The notes: generated by a model from the letters alone, not told the origin. DNA of 64,000 nt from Nitrospirota bacterium (GCA_963796285.1 CAWCKW010000012.1:1344001-1408000), one strand, 5' to 3'; shown: positions 1-12,015, numbered from the stretch's first letter. Numbers and translations are program-made.

Positions 1-338
1 AAACAGTAGTAGGTGAACATGATAAATACTGCCCTTCTATTCAATACAACACTTCCAGTTGATAGTTACAAAATACTCCTTCCCAAACGATTCGACACCC
101 ATCCCAAGAACATCTGCAGATGTCTCCGGATATCGAACAGAAACACAACCATCGTATCGGGCAGTTCTTCTTAAGCTTGGCAAATAAGCCGCTTCAGAGT
201 CCCATCCAGAGGCAGTCCAAGGCAAATATATTCCATTTAAAACCACATATTCTTTTGACAATCCAAAGGTATTGCATTATATTTAATATCATATCACTCA
301 CTCGCCGCAATACAATTAAACAATAAGGAGCTTCACCA

Positions 339-1400
339 ATGATCCCGACCGTTGAATGGAAGAACGGCATCGTCCGGATGCTGGACCAGACAAAACTGCC
401 CCTTGAGACCGTGTACAACGACTGCAAGGACTACCAGACCGTGGCGCGCGGGATCAAGGAGCTCTGGGTGCGCGGCGCGCCGGCGATCGGGGTCTCGGCT
501 GCCATGGGACTGGCTCTCGGTGCGCGTCAGATCACGGCGGGTTCATTCGAAGAATTCTGGCCGAAGTTTGAAGAGATCTGCTCATACATGGCGGCCACGC
601 GCCCGACGGCAGTGAACCTTTTCTGGGCCATCGAGCGGGTAAAAAAATTCGTGCAGGCCAATAGAGATAAGGACCTTGACGCCCTTCGAGCGATGGTGGT
701 AGAGGAATCACAGCGCATGCACGATGAGGACATCGCAACCAACATGCGGATGGGCGCCTACGGTTCCGTGTTCGTGTCCGACGACGACAATATCATCACG
801 CACTGCAATGCCGGTTCGATCGCCACGGCGGGCTACGGGACAGCCGAAGGCGTTATGCGTTCGGCCGTGGCTCAAGGGAAAAAGATCCATGTCTACGTGG
901 ACGAGACCCGACCGGTGCTCCAGGGCGCGCGCCTGACCGCGTGGGAGCTCATGCAGGAGAACATCCCCTGCACGTTGATCACGGACAATATGGCCGGTTA
1001 CTTCATGTACCGCGATATGATCGATCTGGCGATCGTGGGTGCGGACCGCATAGCCCGGAACGGCGACGTGGCGAACAAGATCGGCACCTACGGTCTCGCG
1101 GTCCTGTGCAAGGAGCATGGCATTCCCTTCTATGTGGCCGCGCCGCTCTCGACCATCGACTTTACCATGGAATCAGGCGTCCTGATCCCCATTGAAGAAC
1201 GCGACCCCCGCGAGGTCACCCATGTGTTCGGCAAGGTCCAGATTGCGCCCAATGGCGTCAAGGTGGCGAACCCGGCATTCGATGTAACGCCGGCCCGCTA
1301 CATCACGGCCATCATCACCGAAGTCGGCGCCTTCCATCCAAAGGACATCCACAAACTTGCCGATGGTAAGACCGATCCAGAAAAGCTAAGATTGACATAG
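339..1400 (+). CDS. mtnA: S-methyl-5-thioribose-1-phosphate isomerase
   Basis: Motifs LDQTKLP, VRGAPAIG, RPTAVNL, THCNAG, ETRPVLQGARLTAWEL, GDVANKIGTY, NPAFDVTP; SD AAGGAG upstream. Confidence 0.95.
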   Translation: MIPTVEWKNGIVRMLDQTKLPLETVYNDCKDYQTVARGIKELWVRGAPAIGVSAAMGLALGARQITAGSFEEFWPKFEEICSYMAATRPTAVNLFWAIERVKKFVQANRDKDLDALRAMVVEESQRMHDEDIATNMRMGAYGSVFVSDDDNIITHCNAGSIATAGYGTAEGVMRSAVAQGKKIHVYVDETRPVLQGARLTAWELMQENIPCTLITDNMAGYFMYRDMIDLAIVGADRIARNGDVANKIGTYGLAVLCKEHGIPFYVAAPLSTIDFTMESGVLIPIEERDPREVTHVFGKVQIAPNGVKVANPAFDVTPARYITAIITEVGAFHPKDIHKLADGKTDPEKLRLT

Positions 1401-1511
1401 CCTTTTACCTGTCGAACGATTGAAGCGTTAAGGATCATATCAGATTCTGAACCTTGAACAATGATGTTTGAACATTGTTCTTTAAACTCGCTGCACTCCA
1501 CGGAGGGCCGA

Positions 1512-2594
1512 ATGAAACAGACCGTTCTCCATCCGAAACATCTTCAGGCAAACGCCAAGATGATCGACTTCCAGGGCTGGCAGGTCCCGCTCCAGTTTTC
1601 CGATGTGCCGGCCGAATATCATGCCGTTCGCACAGCTGCCGGGTTGTTCGATATCGGCTACCTGGGCAGGATCGAGATCACCGGCATGGGCGCCTCGACG
1701 CTTCTTCAGAAAGTGCTCACCAGGAACATTGCGAAGATAACGATCGGTTCTGCTCACTATGGCCTTATCTGCAATGAATCAGGGTTCATTCTTGACGATA
1801 TTCTCATTCTGCACCTTGCCGTTAACCGCTTTCTACTCACCACGAACGCGGGCAGTACCGACAAGATACTCCTGTGGCTCAAAGAACATGCGGCCGATGA
1901 TGTACAGGTCACCGATAAAACACCGGCCATCGCGCAATTTGCACTACAGGGACCCCAGTCGTTCCATATCCTCGAAAAACTCACAACCCCGCACATGAAA
2001 AAAATGAACCCGAGAGCTGTGCGGGAAGTTGTCATGCAAGACGCCGTTGTCACGATATCGCGCACAGGCTACACCGGAGAACAGGGCTATGAGCTCTTCG
2101 TGCCCGCCGATCGAGCCGGGGTCCTCTGGGACACGATCATGACCGCAGGAAGCGATAGAGGTCTTCTTCCCTGTGGTTTTGCTTGCCGGGATATTCTGCG
2201 AATGGAAACGGGACATCTTCTGTATGGGAACGATCTTGATGAAACGCGCACCCCGCTCGAATCCGGGCTGGGATCGTTCGTTGATTTCAAAAAAGAGTTT
2301 ATTGGCAAAGAAGCCTTGCTCAAGCTCCAGGCCGAAGGTACGAAGCAGAAATTGGTCGGTTTTATACTCGTCGATAACGGTATTCCCAAGAGCGGCGGCA
2401 GCATCTTCTCGGAAAGCAGTGAGATCGGTGTCGTGACCAGCGGTGTTCAGTCGCCCTATCGCCGCACGGGCATCGGACTTGGCTATGTCGTGAGCCGCTA
2501 TGCCCAGGCGGGCCAGGAGATCGAGATCGAGGTCCGCGACAAGGAGATCGCGGCAAAGATCGTAGACCTGCCGTTTTACCGAAAGAAGTCATGA
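1512..2594 (+). CDS. gcvT: Glycine cleavage system aminomethyltransferase T
   Basis: EYHAVRTAAGLFD, ALQGP, SRTGYTGEQGYE, RDILRME, C-terminal LPFY; start moved to ATG 1512 after GGAGG. Confidence 0.85.
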   Translation: MKQTVLHPKHLQANAKMIDFQGWQVPLQFSDVPAEYHAVRTAAGLFDIGYLGRIEITGMGASTLLQKVLTRNIAKITIGSAHYGLICNESGFILDDILILHLAVNRFLLTTNAGSTDKILLWLKEHAADDVQVTDKTPAIAQFALQGPQSFHILEKLTTPHMKKMNPRAVREVVMQDAVVTISRTGYTGEQGYELFVPADRAGVLWDTIMTAGSDRGLLPCGFACRDILRMETGHLLYGNDLDETRTPLESGLGSFVDFKKEFIGKEALLKLQAEGTKQKLVGFILVDNGIPKSGGSIFSESSEIGVVTSGVQSPYRRTGIGLGYVVSRYAQAGQEIEIEVRDKEIAAKIVDLPFYRKKS

Positions 2595-2833
2595 TCGATT
2601 AAATCAGTGGGTAACAACAGCGTGATAAGCGACGACACTAGAGTGAACAGTTGTCGAGTTGAATAACGCGATCCATCCTCCACCCTGCCCGTTCCATCGT
2701 GATGTTTTATTGGATATTTTTTCTTCCGCCCAAATAGTTGACTGAAAGCTGCGCCTATGGTATTTTATATCAATGTTCATACCTCAACCAGTAAGGCATA
2801 CTGCTTATATTAATAGAGGAAGCGGGTCCGACC

Positions 2834-3505
2834 ATGAAAAAGGTGTTGTTAGCGAATGACCTGAAAAGCCTCATTATCGAGAAAAACAGCTTTCTTGATC
2901 GTGCGGACATTAAGGTATTGACAACTACTACGAACGCCGAGCTGCTGAAGATCCACAGACAGGAAGAGGTCGATCTCATTGTTACGCAACTGGACACACC
3001 GGGTATTAAGAGTGAGCTCATCTTCGATACTATCAGAAAAAGCGAAGAACTTCGGCAGGTATCCACCATCCTGATATGCAAGGACACGCTCACCCACCGT
3101 GAGCGTTGCAAACAGTGCCATCCCAATGCGGTTTTCACCATGCCTGTTGATACCGCATTACTGTACAGCAAAATGCAGCAACTCCTCAATGTTGCGCCGA
3201 GAAAATTCTACCGAAGCGCACTCGCTGTTGCCATACAAGGCAAATTCAAGGATAGGCCGCTGCCGTTTTTTACAGAAAATATCAGTTCAAGCGGAATGCT
3301 TATCCGTTCAGATGAGCCCCTTTCACAAGGTGACGGGGTCTTTTTCTCCTTCTTTCTTCCCAATGGCACACATGTTACAGGCTATGGCGAAATTACCAGG
3401 GTCGTTCCTCCGGCGACGTTGCATGATGTCCTTCTTTACGGGATCAAGTTCACGAACATCGATCCGGATGTTCAGTCGGCAATCGATGCAGTTATCAATA
3501 AATAA
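2834..3505 (+). CDS. Pseudo-receiver domain plus PilZ domain protein
   Basis: CheY-like N-terminus (KKVLLAND...VDLIVTQLDTP); PilZ motifs RKFYR and NISSSG. Confidence 0.8.
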   Translation: MKKVLLANDLKSLIIEKNSFLDRADIKVLTTTTNAELLKIHRQEEVDLIVTQLDTPGIKSELIFDTIRKSEELRQVSTILICKDTLTHRERCKQCHPNAVFTMPVDTALLYSKMQQLLNVAPRKFYRSALAVAIQGKFKDRPLPFFTENISSSGMLIRSDEPLSQGDGVFFSFFLPNGTHVTGYGEITRVVPPATLHDVLLYGIKFTNIDPDVQSAIDAVINK

Positions 3506-3554
3506 CTCCAGGAAAGAGCCTCTCCTGCATCGCTCCACGGTGTCTTAATAATCA

Positions 3555-3583
3555 TTGACAGAGTCAATATGGTAAGATATCCT
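3555..3583 (+). promoter_or_regulatory. Sigma70-type promoter upstream of a small secreted protein
   Basis: TTGACA-N17-TATCCT; the -35 overlaps the dyad TTGAC-AGA-GTCAA. Confidence 0.5.
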
Positions 3584-3672
3584 TTTATTCGAGGATGCGA
3601 AAATATTTTCTCCATTTACAGGGGCTTCAATACGCAGGAGCGACGTTCCGATAACCCACAAAGGAGGAGTTT

Positions 3673-3942
3673 ATGAAACGAACATTCATCGCAGCAGCAA
3701 TGCTATCACTCGCATTCGCAGTGCCCGTATTCGCAGCCGATGGCGGTCAACCGCAACAATGGCAAACACCAAATTTCGAACAGAAACAGGCTGAGATCTT
3801 GAAAATGATCGATGCGCGGACCGCCAGCCTTCAAAATGATAGGGCCTGTGTGCAGGCTGCTAAGAAACTCGATGACCTCAAGGTCTGCAAGGATAACAGG
3901 GATAAAGCATTGGCGGAAATGGATAAAATGCGCTCGAAATGA
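3673..3942 (+). CDS. Small secreted helical hypothetical protein
   Basis: SD AAGGAGGAG; signal peptide MKRTFIAAAMLSLAFAVPVFA; Cys pair CVQAAK...LKVC. Confidence 0.75.
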   Translation: MKRTFIAAAMLSLAFAVPVFAADGGQPQQWQTPNFEQKQAEILKMIDARTASLQNDRACVQAAKKLDDLKVCKDNRDKALAEMDKMRSK

Positions 3943-4006
3943 AGGGCGCGGTGCTGGTGTAGGCAAACTCCTCAATAGGGTTCGTTAGTCGATATCGTTT
4001 CTTGAT

Positions 4007-4036
4007 TAGCGGGATGATCTGAGGATTGTCCCGCTA
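4007..4036. terminator. Stem-loop, probable terminator
   Basis: TAGCGGGATGATC...GATTGTCCCGCTA inverted repeat downstream of the 3673-3942 gene. Confidence 0.45.
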
Positions 4037-4279
4037 TCTTATTGAAAAAGGTCCTCCGCGTATTTTTTTGTTCTGTTGGCTCCTGTGTTACCGGGATATA
4101 TTCAATAGAACAGATCTCGTTGCCTTATAAAGTAATGATGCCGGCCGGTTAAAGAGCTGTTGCGCGTCAGACCAAATTGTCTGAACCAACAACGTTCTGT
4201 TCGTGAAAAAATACGTATTTATTTCCTGCAACCTTTCTTCCTTCTTTGTCCCAGCCTGACTTTGTGGTAATATCATCTT

Positions 4280-6724
4280 ATGGAAACCAATAAAGCTGTT
4301 ATACCGGTCAAAGGCATGACCTGCGTGAACTGCGCTGCAGCGATCCAGAAGGACATTTCAAAGCTCGCAGGGGTACAAAGCGCGAATGTCAATTATGCCA
4401 ATGAAAAGGCGGTCATTGAATTCGATCCTGCTGTTGTCGGGCTTGAAAAGTTCATTTCCAGCATCCATGAATCAGGCTATCAGGCAATCACGGAAACGGT
4501 CTTCATCCCGATCATTGACCTGGATGTGTCGCGTTCGCAGGAACTGGAGCGCATCGCGGGAGCGATCGACGGCGTACTCAAGGCGATCGTGAATCCCGCC
4601 GCAGGGACCGCGGAAGTGGAATATATTCCCGGCCAGATCGGACTCCGCGATATCCGGAGGGCCATCGAAAAAGCAGGCTTCCGCGTGCCCAGTCAGATCG
4701 AAGGTCGGTCAGCGCTCGATATCGAAAAAGAAGCACGGGAACGGGAACTCTCTGAGATCCGGAACAAGCTCATCGTGAGCGCGGTCCTCTCCGGCCTCGT
4801 GATGATCGGCAGCTTTCAGGACATGCTCCCCTTCATCACCATCTTTCCGCGCCAGACCATGTGGTACATCCTCTTCCTGCTTGCCACTCCGGTCCAGTTC
4901 TGGGCTGGCCGTCACTTTTACCAGAACGCCTGGGCTTCGATCAAGCACGGCAGCACGAACATGAACACCCTCGTGGTCGTAGGGACCTCGGCAGCTTATG
5001 GCTACAGCGTGGTACTCACTTTTTTCCCTGCCGTCTTTGGCCCTCACGGTGCTCATGGCGGAGCGTACTATGACACGGCCACGATGATCATCACGCTGAT
5101 CCTGTTCGGGAAATATCTCGAGGCAAGGGCGAAATCCCGGGCGGGTGAGGCGATCAAAAAGCTCATGGGGCTCCAGCCGCGCACGGCCCGCGTGGTCCGC
5201 GGAGGCAAGGAGCTGGATATTCCGATCGAAGATGTCGAAGCCGGCGATCTCGTCACGGTACGGCCGGGAGAAAAGATCCCCGTAGACGGGGTGGTCCGGA
5301 ACGGGTATTCATCGATCGATGAAGCCATGCTGACCGGAGAGAGCCTGCCGGTGGAGAAGAAAACCGGGGACACGGTCATCGGCGCAACGATCAATAAGAC
5401 CGGAACCTTCACCTTCGAGGCGACCAAGGTCGGCAAGGACACCATGCTTTCCCAGATCATTCGCATGGTGCAGGAAGCCCAGGGCTCCAAGGCCCCGATC
5501 CAGCGCCTCGCGGACTACCATTTCAAGCATCTTCGTGCCCGCCGTCATCTCGATCGGCCTCGTGACCTTCTGCATCTGGTATTTCTTCGGGCCGGCGGAA
5601 ACGAGGTTCACCTTCGCTCTGGTGAACTTCATCGCCGTGCTGATCATCGCCTGTCCCTGCGCCATGGGGCTTGCGACGCCCACGGCCATCATGGTCGGCA
5701 CCGGCAAAGGTGCTGAACAAGGCATCCTGTTCAAGAACGCCGAGAGTCTTGAACGTGCGCAGAAGATCGATACCATCGTCCTCGATAAGACCGGCACGCT
5801 CACCCGCGGAGAGCCAACGGTCACCGACGTCATGCGGGACAGCATGAGCGAACAGGAAATACTCTTCCTTGCCGGATCAGCGGAAAAGGGCTCTGAACAC
5901 CCGCTCGGAGAGGCCATCGTGCGCAAGGCGCATTGAAAAAGGCATTGCCCTGGAACAGGCAGAGACATTTGAGGCGCTTCCCGGACATGGCATCCGGGCA
6001 GTGGTGAAAGGAAAAGAGATCATCCTCGGCAACGAACGGCTCATGGCCGATCGCAAGATCGATTTCAAGAGACCTGCTCGGGGAAGCGGAAAAGCTCTCA
6101 GCCCACGGCAAAACACCCATGTTCGTGGCTGTTGACGGCAAAGCAGCAGGGATCATTGCGGTCGCGGACACGGTCAAAGAACATTCAAAAGAAGCCGTGG
6201 CCGGGCTTAAAGCGCTGGGACTCGAGGTCGTAATGCTGACCGGCGACAACCGCCGCACGGCCCAGGCCATCGCCGACGAGCTCGGGATAACCCGGGTGCT
6301 GGCCGAGGTGCTGCCGCAGGACAAGATGGACACGGTGAAAAATCTCCAGGCCGAGGGCCGCGTGGTCGCCATGGTCGGCGACGGGATCAATGATGCCCCT
6401 GCCCTCACCCAGGCGGATATCGGCATCGCCATCGGCACGGGCACGGACGTGGCCATCGAGGCGTCGGACGTCACGCTGATCAAGGACGATCTCCGCGTGG
6501 TGGCCATTGCGATGAGGCTCTCGCGCAGGACCATGCAGACGATCAAAATGAACCTGTTCTGGGCGTTCTTCTACAACATCATCGGCATTCCGGTCGCTGC
6601 CGGCGTCCTGTACCCGTTCCTTGGCACCGCGGGACTGCTGAATCCCATGTATGCCTCGGCAGCCATGGCGTTCAGCTCCGTGAGCGTGGTGTCGAATTCG
6701 CTGAGATTGAGAAGGTTTTCATAA
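4280..6724 (+). CDS. copA: Cu(I)-translocating P1B-type ATPase (frameshifted near 5520, 5935, 6075-6100)
   Basis: GMTCVNC HMA domain, [35 protein letters not shown] and MAFSS motifs spread over consecutive frames. Confidence 0.92.
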
Positions 6725-6731
6725 AAGGCAG

Positions 6732-6848
6732 GCACAGAGACACAGAGGAAATCAACTTCAAATGTGCAATCACAAGCATCATATTTCTGATACGCTTCAA
6801 ACCCCGGATACAGAAGTTATGTTCTCCGTACCTCTGTGTCTCCGCGGC
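6732..6848. repeat. Periodic-arm hairpin (CACAGAGA family)
   Basis: GCACAGAGACACAGAGG ... CCTCTGTGTCTCCGCGG with a 12 bp perfect core. Confidence 0.75.
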
Positions 6849-6859
6849 AAACTCAAACC

Positions 6860-7309
6860 ATGAAATTTATCGCCGATGTAATGCTGGGCAGGCTTGCGAA
6901 GCGGATGCGGCTCCTGGGGATCGATGTTCTGTACGACCGGACGCTGGATGACAACGAGATCATCCGCCTGTCACTCGAACAGGACCGCGTGATCCTGACG
7001 CGGGACAAGGCCCTCAATGATCGGCCCCTGGCTGCAAACCATCTGTTCATTAAAAGCGACCTCGTACAGCAACAGGTCGAACAGGTCCTCTCCAACTTCT
7101 CCCTTGAATCTCTCCTGAATCCCCTCTCCCGCTGTTCCGGGTGTAATGAGCCCCTCGATCGTATCACACGAGAGGATGCACGGGACCTTGTTCCGCAATA
7201 TGTTTACGAGAATAACTATCTATTCTTGCGCTGTCCCCAATGCAAAAGAACCTACTGGTACGGAACTCATGTGAGGAGAATGGTGTTACCGGAACGACGG
7301 ATCAAATAA
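6860..7309 (+). CDS. Mut7-C RNase (PIN-like) domain protein with zinc ribbon
   Basis: KFIADVMLGRLAKRMRLLG, ILTRD, SRCSGCN, CPQCKRTYWYGTH. Confidence 0.88.
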   Translation: MKFIADVMLGRLAKRMRLLGIDVLYDRTLDDNEIIRLSLEQDRVILTRDKALNDRPLAANHLFIKSDLVQQQVEQVLSNFSLESLLNPLSRCSGCNEPLDRITREDARDLVPQYVYENNYLFLRCPQCKRTYWYGTHVRRMVLPERRIK

Positions 7310-7516
7310 AATAATCGTTCAAAATTTACCAGATCGGAGATGCAGAAAGTTAAAGGGGGTTTAATGAAAAAGCGTGACGCTGGAACAGGCAGACGATCAA
7401 CAGGATAACGAATGGACAGCTTTATTACAACTTACCCGCGGCATATTCCGCAAGTCATGTTATCAACACAAACTATAAGTCAAATTAGTAATATTCCGAT
7501 GCGGGTGACAGTTGGT

Positions 7517-8401
7517 TCACGGCGCCGGCGGGCCAAACAGCGGTGCTTTTTGCGACTTTGTGGTTGTTGCAGTCTGCTGCGGTCCGTGCAATTCCTGAGG
7601 CTGCATCTGCTGCGGTTGATCGGCGGGTGGGACCTTTTTCCGTGGCAATTTTTTCTCCGGCTGGATATTTCTGTTCACAATACCCGATGAGACAATGGTC
7701 AAGTCCCTGACCACCGCGTTGCCGGGTTCATTCACCGTCAGTTCCTGACCGTTGAGCATCAGCTTGAGTGCCTTGGCGCTGCCATAGCTCAGCAGGAACC
7801 GCGTCGTCAGCGCTCCAAATGAGACTTTCGTCTTTTTTCAGCAAAGCTTTCTTCTGCGGGCTATCATCGGTCCTCACCAGGAGCCAGGTATCCTCCAGGG
7901 CTACTACCTCAAGGTAAAGCTTGTCCGTTTGCGGACGCGGGAGGGAGCCGTACTTGTTTGACCCGTGGAAAGCGGAGACACAGCCTTTCCTTTTCCCTCT
8001 TGATGCCGCTCGGGCAGGGCCGTGAACACAAAGAGAATGAGTGCGATCACGATCCCCGCTCCCCAAAGGAACGGCTCGATACCGGTTAACTTCGATGTTT
8101 TCTTCTCACTGACTCGCAGCCGCCGGCTCCTCTTCCACCATCGTGTCGGTGGGCAGCTGTAGACTTCTGGTTCCTCGATTCGCCATATCTCTTCATGACC
8201 TCAAATTCTTCAAGATGGAGAAACTTCCCATAGTTCTTGAGAAAGCCCTTTACGAAAACCTCACCGGGCAGTCTGAGAAAAATCCTCTTCTTCGAGTGCC
8301 TTGAGGTAATTAAAACTTATACGGGTCTGCTGCGCAGCGTCACGCAGATCGATGCCGCGTGCCTCCCGTGCACTGCGCAAGTACTGTCCTAACGTCCCCA
8401 T
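7517..8401 (-). CDS. rodZ: RodZ-like HTH plus DUF4115 protein (several frameshifts)
   Basis: MGTLGQYLRSAREARGIDL...YLKALEEEDF; following frame FVKGFLKNY; TM segment; C-terminal LEVVALEDTWLLVRTD. Confidence 0.75.
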
Positions 8402-8406
8402 CAATG

Positions 8407-9147
8407 TCACCTCAGGGTCATGATATACTCGTTCGCCTTCCGGGCCAGGTCGCTCTTCGGGGCAAGTTCGGCCGCTTTCCTGAACTCCATGAGCGCAGAC
8501 TTTTTGTTCCCTGCCTTGAGGTAGGCGATGGCCAAGGCTGTACCGCATATTGGCATTCTGGGGGGCAAGCCCGATGCCCTCCTGGTACTCGCGATCGCCT
8601 CTTTAATCTTTCCCTCTTCAAATAGGGCCGTACCGAGCTTGATAATGGTCCACTCGGTATTGACAAAACGCTTGGATTCGCGGTAAGCTTCGGCGGCTTT
8701 ATCGTACTCCTTCAGTTCCATGTAAAGATCGCCAAGGTTCAGATACGGAATGTGGGGAGTTGTATAGAGTTTATTGTCAAGGGCCCTGTTAAAAGCCCTG
8801 ATCGCCTCTTTCCATTTCTTCTGCTTCAAATAAATAACACCAAGCGCGTTGTAGGCCTCTGAAAAATCAGGGTCCTTATCGATGGCCGTTTGATAGTATT
8901 TCGCCGCTTCATCAAACTTTCCCTGATAATCGCTGATAATGCCCAGACCGTAATAGGACCGTTTGAAGTTGCTGTCGCGTTGGATAGACCGGTTGAATTC
9001 AGCGGACGCCATCTCGTAGTTCTTTTCCTGAAGGTACGACAGTCCCCTCGTGTAATACCCTTCCGCCATCTTGGACTTATCCACCGTATGCCCGGTCGTA
9101 ACGCATCCTGTCAATGCCAGGAGAATTATCAATGCGAAAGTTCTCAT
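8407..9147 (-). CDS. TPR lipoprotein of the PilF/PilW/Tgl type IV pilus pilotin family
   Basis: Lipobox LTGC; tandem TPRs; YTTPHIPYLNLG; adjacent to rodZ; local compensating frameshift near 8540-8590. Confidence 0.8.
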   Translation of the reverse strand: MRTFALIILLALTGCVTTGHTVDKSKMAEGYYTRGLSYLQEKNYEMASAEFNRSIQRDSNFKRSYYGLGIISDYQGKFDEAAKYYQTAIDKDPDFSEAYNALGVIYLKQKKWKEAIRAFNRALDNKLYTTPHIPYLNLGDLYMELKEYDKAAEAYRESKRFVNTEWTIIKLGTALFEEGKIKEAIASTRRASGLPPRMPICGTALAIAYLKAGNKKSALMEFRKAAELAPKSDLARKANEYIMTLR

Positions 9148-9162
9148 TCCTTCATACCCCTT

Positions 9163-9949
9163 TCAAAACGATGTGAGAAGACGTGCTAGCGCCTCCCGGT
9201 CCCGGCTCACAACGCCGGTCGCGGAGAAAACCTTCTTTTTTACTGTTTGCTTTGGAGCCTTTTCGAGGTCGGTCGTTGCCGCGTTCTGCTGCATCTCCTG
9301 GCGGCGCTTGGCTGCTGCAAGCGGTGAGGCCTATGGCCTGCCTGACCTGCTCATCCACGGGAGCCTCCCGTGGTGATTTCTGTTCCTGTGCCTCGGGTTG
9401 GTGGGCCTGAGTCACAGGTTGTACTGACGCTGCCGGAGGTTCAGGGGCACGTATCTCCTCAGGTGCAGGTGTAAGGCGCTCTGGCGCTGCCGGGGGCTGT
9501 ACAGAGGAAACAGCCGCTGCTGGAGCGAGCTGATGAGGCTGTTCCACTGGTGCGGCCTCCGGCTGTTTTTTCTGGCTGAAGATGCTCTGACCCTCGATCC
9601 AGCTGTCCTGTTCTGGCTCGGACAGGCCCGCAAAATCGACCTCGTCCAGCATCGCACCCAGGTCCTCGGCAAAGTATCGCGCCTCTTCCTCGACATCCTG
9701 AAGCACTTCTTCTAAAAATGGGTTCGCGGAATGCGCGTAGAAAAGTTTTCTGTCAGTATGGAGTAAATGAAGGCCGATATATGCCGATAGTCTGTTTCTC
9801 CCCTCGCGGGCAAAAAATACGTAGCTGCGCGCTTCCTCGAGACTCGTCTCCGGAGTGGCAACCTGGTGGATGTTCATGGAAAGGAACACCTTGAATAAAA
9901 TCTTTTTCTTCAGGTCTTTCTCTGTTATTTTTGGGTCGATCGTAAACAT
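9163..9949 (-). CDS. Conserved hypothetical protein found upstream of tgl-type genes (frameshift near 9310)
   Basis: MFTIDP...SMNIHQVA...FAEDLGAMLD; Pro/Ala-rich linker; alternate-frame C-terminus REALARLLTSF* ends at 9163. Confidence 0.65.
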
Positions 9950-10110
9950 GACTTACATTCAACCTCCAATTTGAAATCCAACATATTACATCCAAATTAC
10001 ATATACTGCCCAGCATCAAATTCCAGCTTCAACTTGTTTGGAGCCTGGAATCAGGATATGCGGACGCATTTGTCATTGCATGCCTGCTTATTGGAACTTA
10101 TCAAGACCCA

Positions 10111-11021
10111 TCATATATCTTCGAAATGGGTCAGCTTCTTGAACTCGCGGTACCTGCCTTCGATCTCCTTGTATTCCAGGCTCCGGAGCCGGTCAAGACT
10201 GAAGGACTCCACGTTCAGCGAGGCCATGACACTGCCGAAGATCACCGCTTTTCTCATGCTCTCTTCAGAAAAGTTCATGGTGCTCGCCAGATATCCCATA
10301 AAACCGCCTGCAAACGTAGTCTCCGGCCCCCGTGGGGTCGAACACGGCTTCGAGCGGATAGGCGGGAGCGCTGAATACGCTGTGGCCGCTGAACATAAGG
10401 GCGCCATAGCTTCCCTGCTTGACCACGATCGTCTTCGGGCCCATGGCCTGCACGCTCTTCGCCGCCTTGACCAGGCTTGCCTCGCCGGCAAGCTGCCGGA
10501 TCTCCGATTCATTGATGGTCAGCAGGTCCACTTCCTTCAGTGTTCGTTTGAGCGCATCAGGCTTGCTCGATATCCAGTAGTTCATGGTATCACAGGCCAC
10601 GAGCTTCGGTTTCTTGACCTGCCGCAGAACATCAAGCTGGATCTCCGGGTCCACGTTCGCCAGGAACACGACATCAGAGTTCTTATAGTCCTCGACGATG
10701 TTCGGCTTGAAGGTCGCCAGAACATTCAGGTGCGTGGCGAGGGTGTGCGCCTCGTTCAGATCATAGCCGTACTCGCCCTTCCAGCGAAAGGTCTCGCCCT
10801 TCTGGACCTCAAGACCCCGCGTGTCGATGTTTTTACTCTTGAGAAACAGCGATATGTTCCTTGGGAAAGTCCTCGCCGATCACGGCCACGAGCCGGACAT
10901 CGGTAAAATAACTGGCTGAGGTCGAGAAATAGGTGGCTGAGCCGCCGAGGGCATTATCAACGTTTCCAAAAGGGGTCTTGACCGAATCGAGTGCAACCGT
11001 GCCGACAACAAGCAAACTCAC
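10111..11021 (-). CDS. PfkB family carbohydrate/nucleoside kinase (frameshifted)
   Basis: SLLVVGTVALDSVKTPFG...LGGSATYFS; CDTMNYWI; DPTGAGD; FAGGFMGYL; GTG start. Confidence 0.88.
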
Positions 11022-11123
11022 GGATGAACACCTCCACGAATTCAAATTTCAAACTGACAGAGACGCAAAAGCATGAACGCTATTCGTCATTTTGCACTTT
11101 GTATCTTGTCCTTTGTGTGATGC

Positions 11124-12015
11124 TTATTTTTTCTTCAGGTATTTCCCGATGATCAGCGCCAGGTCTTTCCTCGTTTTCGCCGGCATCAGTTTCTCCGGCG
11201 TCATGATCGTGTTCCGGAGCGCTTCGCCGCATCCGCAGGTGCGTGATCCGGACAGCATGCGCACCGCTTCGCGGATCATGGCCTTGGACGTCTCGACGTT
11301 GTGTTTCATTACCGCGAGCACGGCCTCAACGGTCACGGCCTCCTCGCTGTGGTGCCAGCAATCGTAGTCCGTGGCCAAGGGCAATGGTGCTGTAGCAGAT
11401 CTCCGCCTCGCGCGCCAGCTTGGCCTCGGTTGCGTTCGTCATGCCGATGACATCCACGTTCCATGTCCGATAGATGAGCGACTCGGCCCGGGTCGAGAAT
11501 TGCGGGCCCTCCATGCAGAGATACGTGCCGCCACGGTGTACCGTGGCCCCGACCTTCACCCCTGCCTCGCTCAGGATCCTGCCGAGGTCGGTGCAGACCG
11601 GGTCCGCCATGCCCACATGCGCCACAACGCCGTTGCCGAAAAAGGTGCTCCTGCGGTGCTTCGTATGATCATAGAACTGGTCCGGGATCACGATATCGCC
11701 GGGTTTGATCTCTTCCTTCATGCTGCCTACGGCGCTCACCGAGATGATCCGTTCAACACCGAGTTTCTTCATACCGTAGATGTTCGCCCGGTAGTTGATG
11801 TCCGAGGGAAGGATGCGGTGGCCGCGGCCGTGCCTCGGGAGGAAGGCAACCCGTTTGCCATGCAGCGTACCGACAAGGTAATCGTCCGAAGGCTTGCCGA
11901 AGGGCGTTATCAACTTCACGGCCTTGATCTGCGTCAGCCCTTCCATTTCATACAAGCCGCTGCCGCCGATCACGCCGATGCTGATTTTTTCTGTCTTTGT
12001 ACGACCCCTTGCCAT
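11124..12015 (-). CDS. mtnP: S-methyl-5'-thioadenosine phosphorylase (frameshift near 11375)
   Basis: [46 protein letters not shown]. Confidence 0.93.

Noticed and set aside
1-330. Short ORFs in the AT-rich window start
   Set aside because: No recognisable motifs or SD; cannot be supported as genes.
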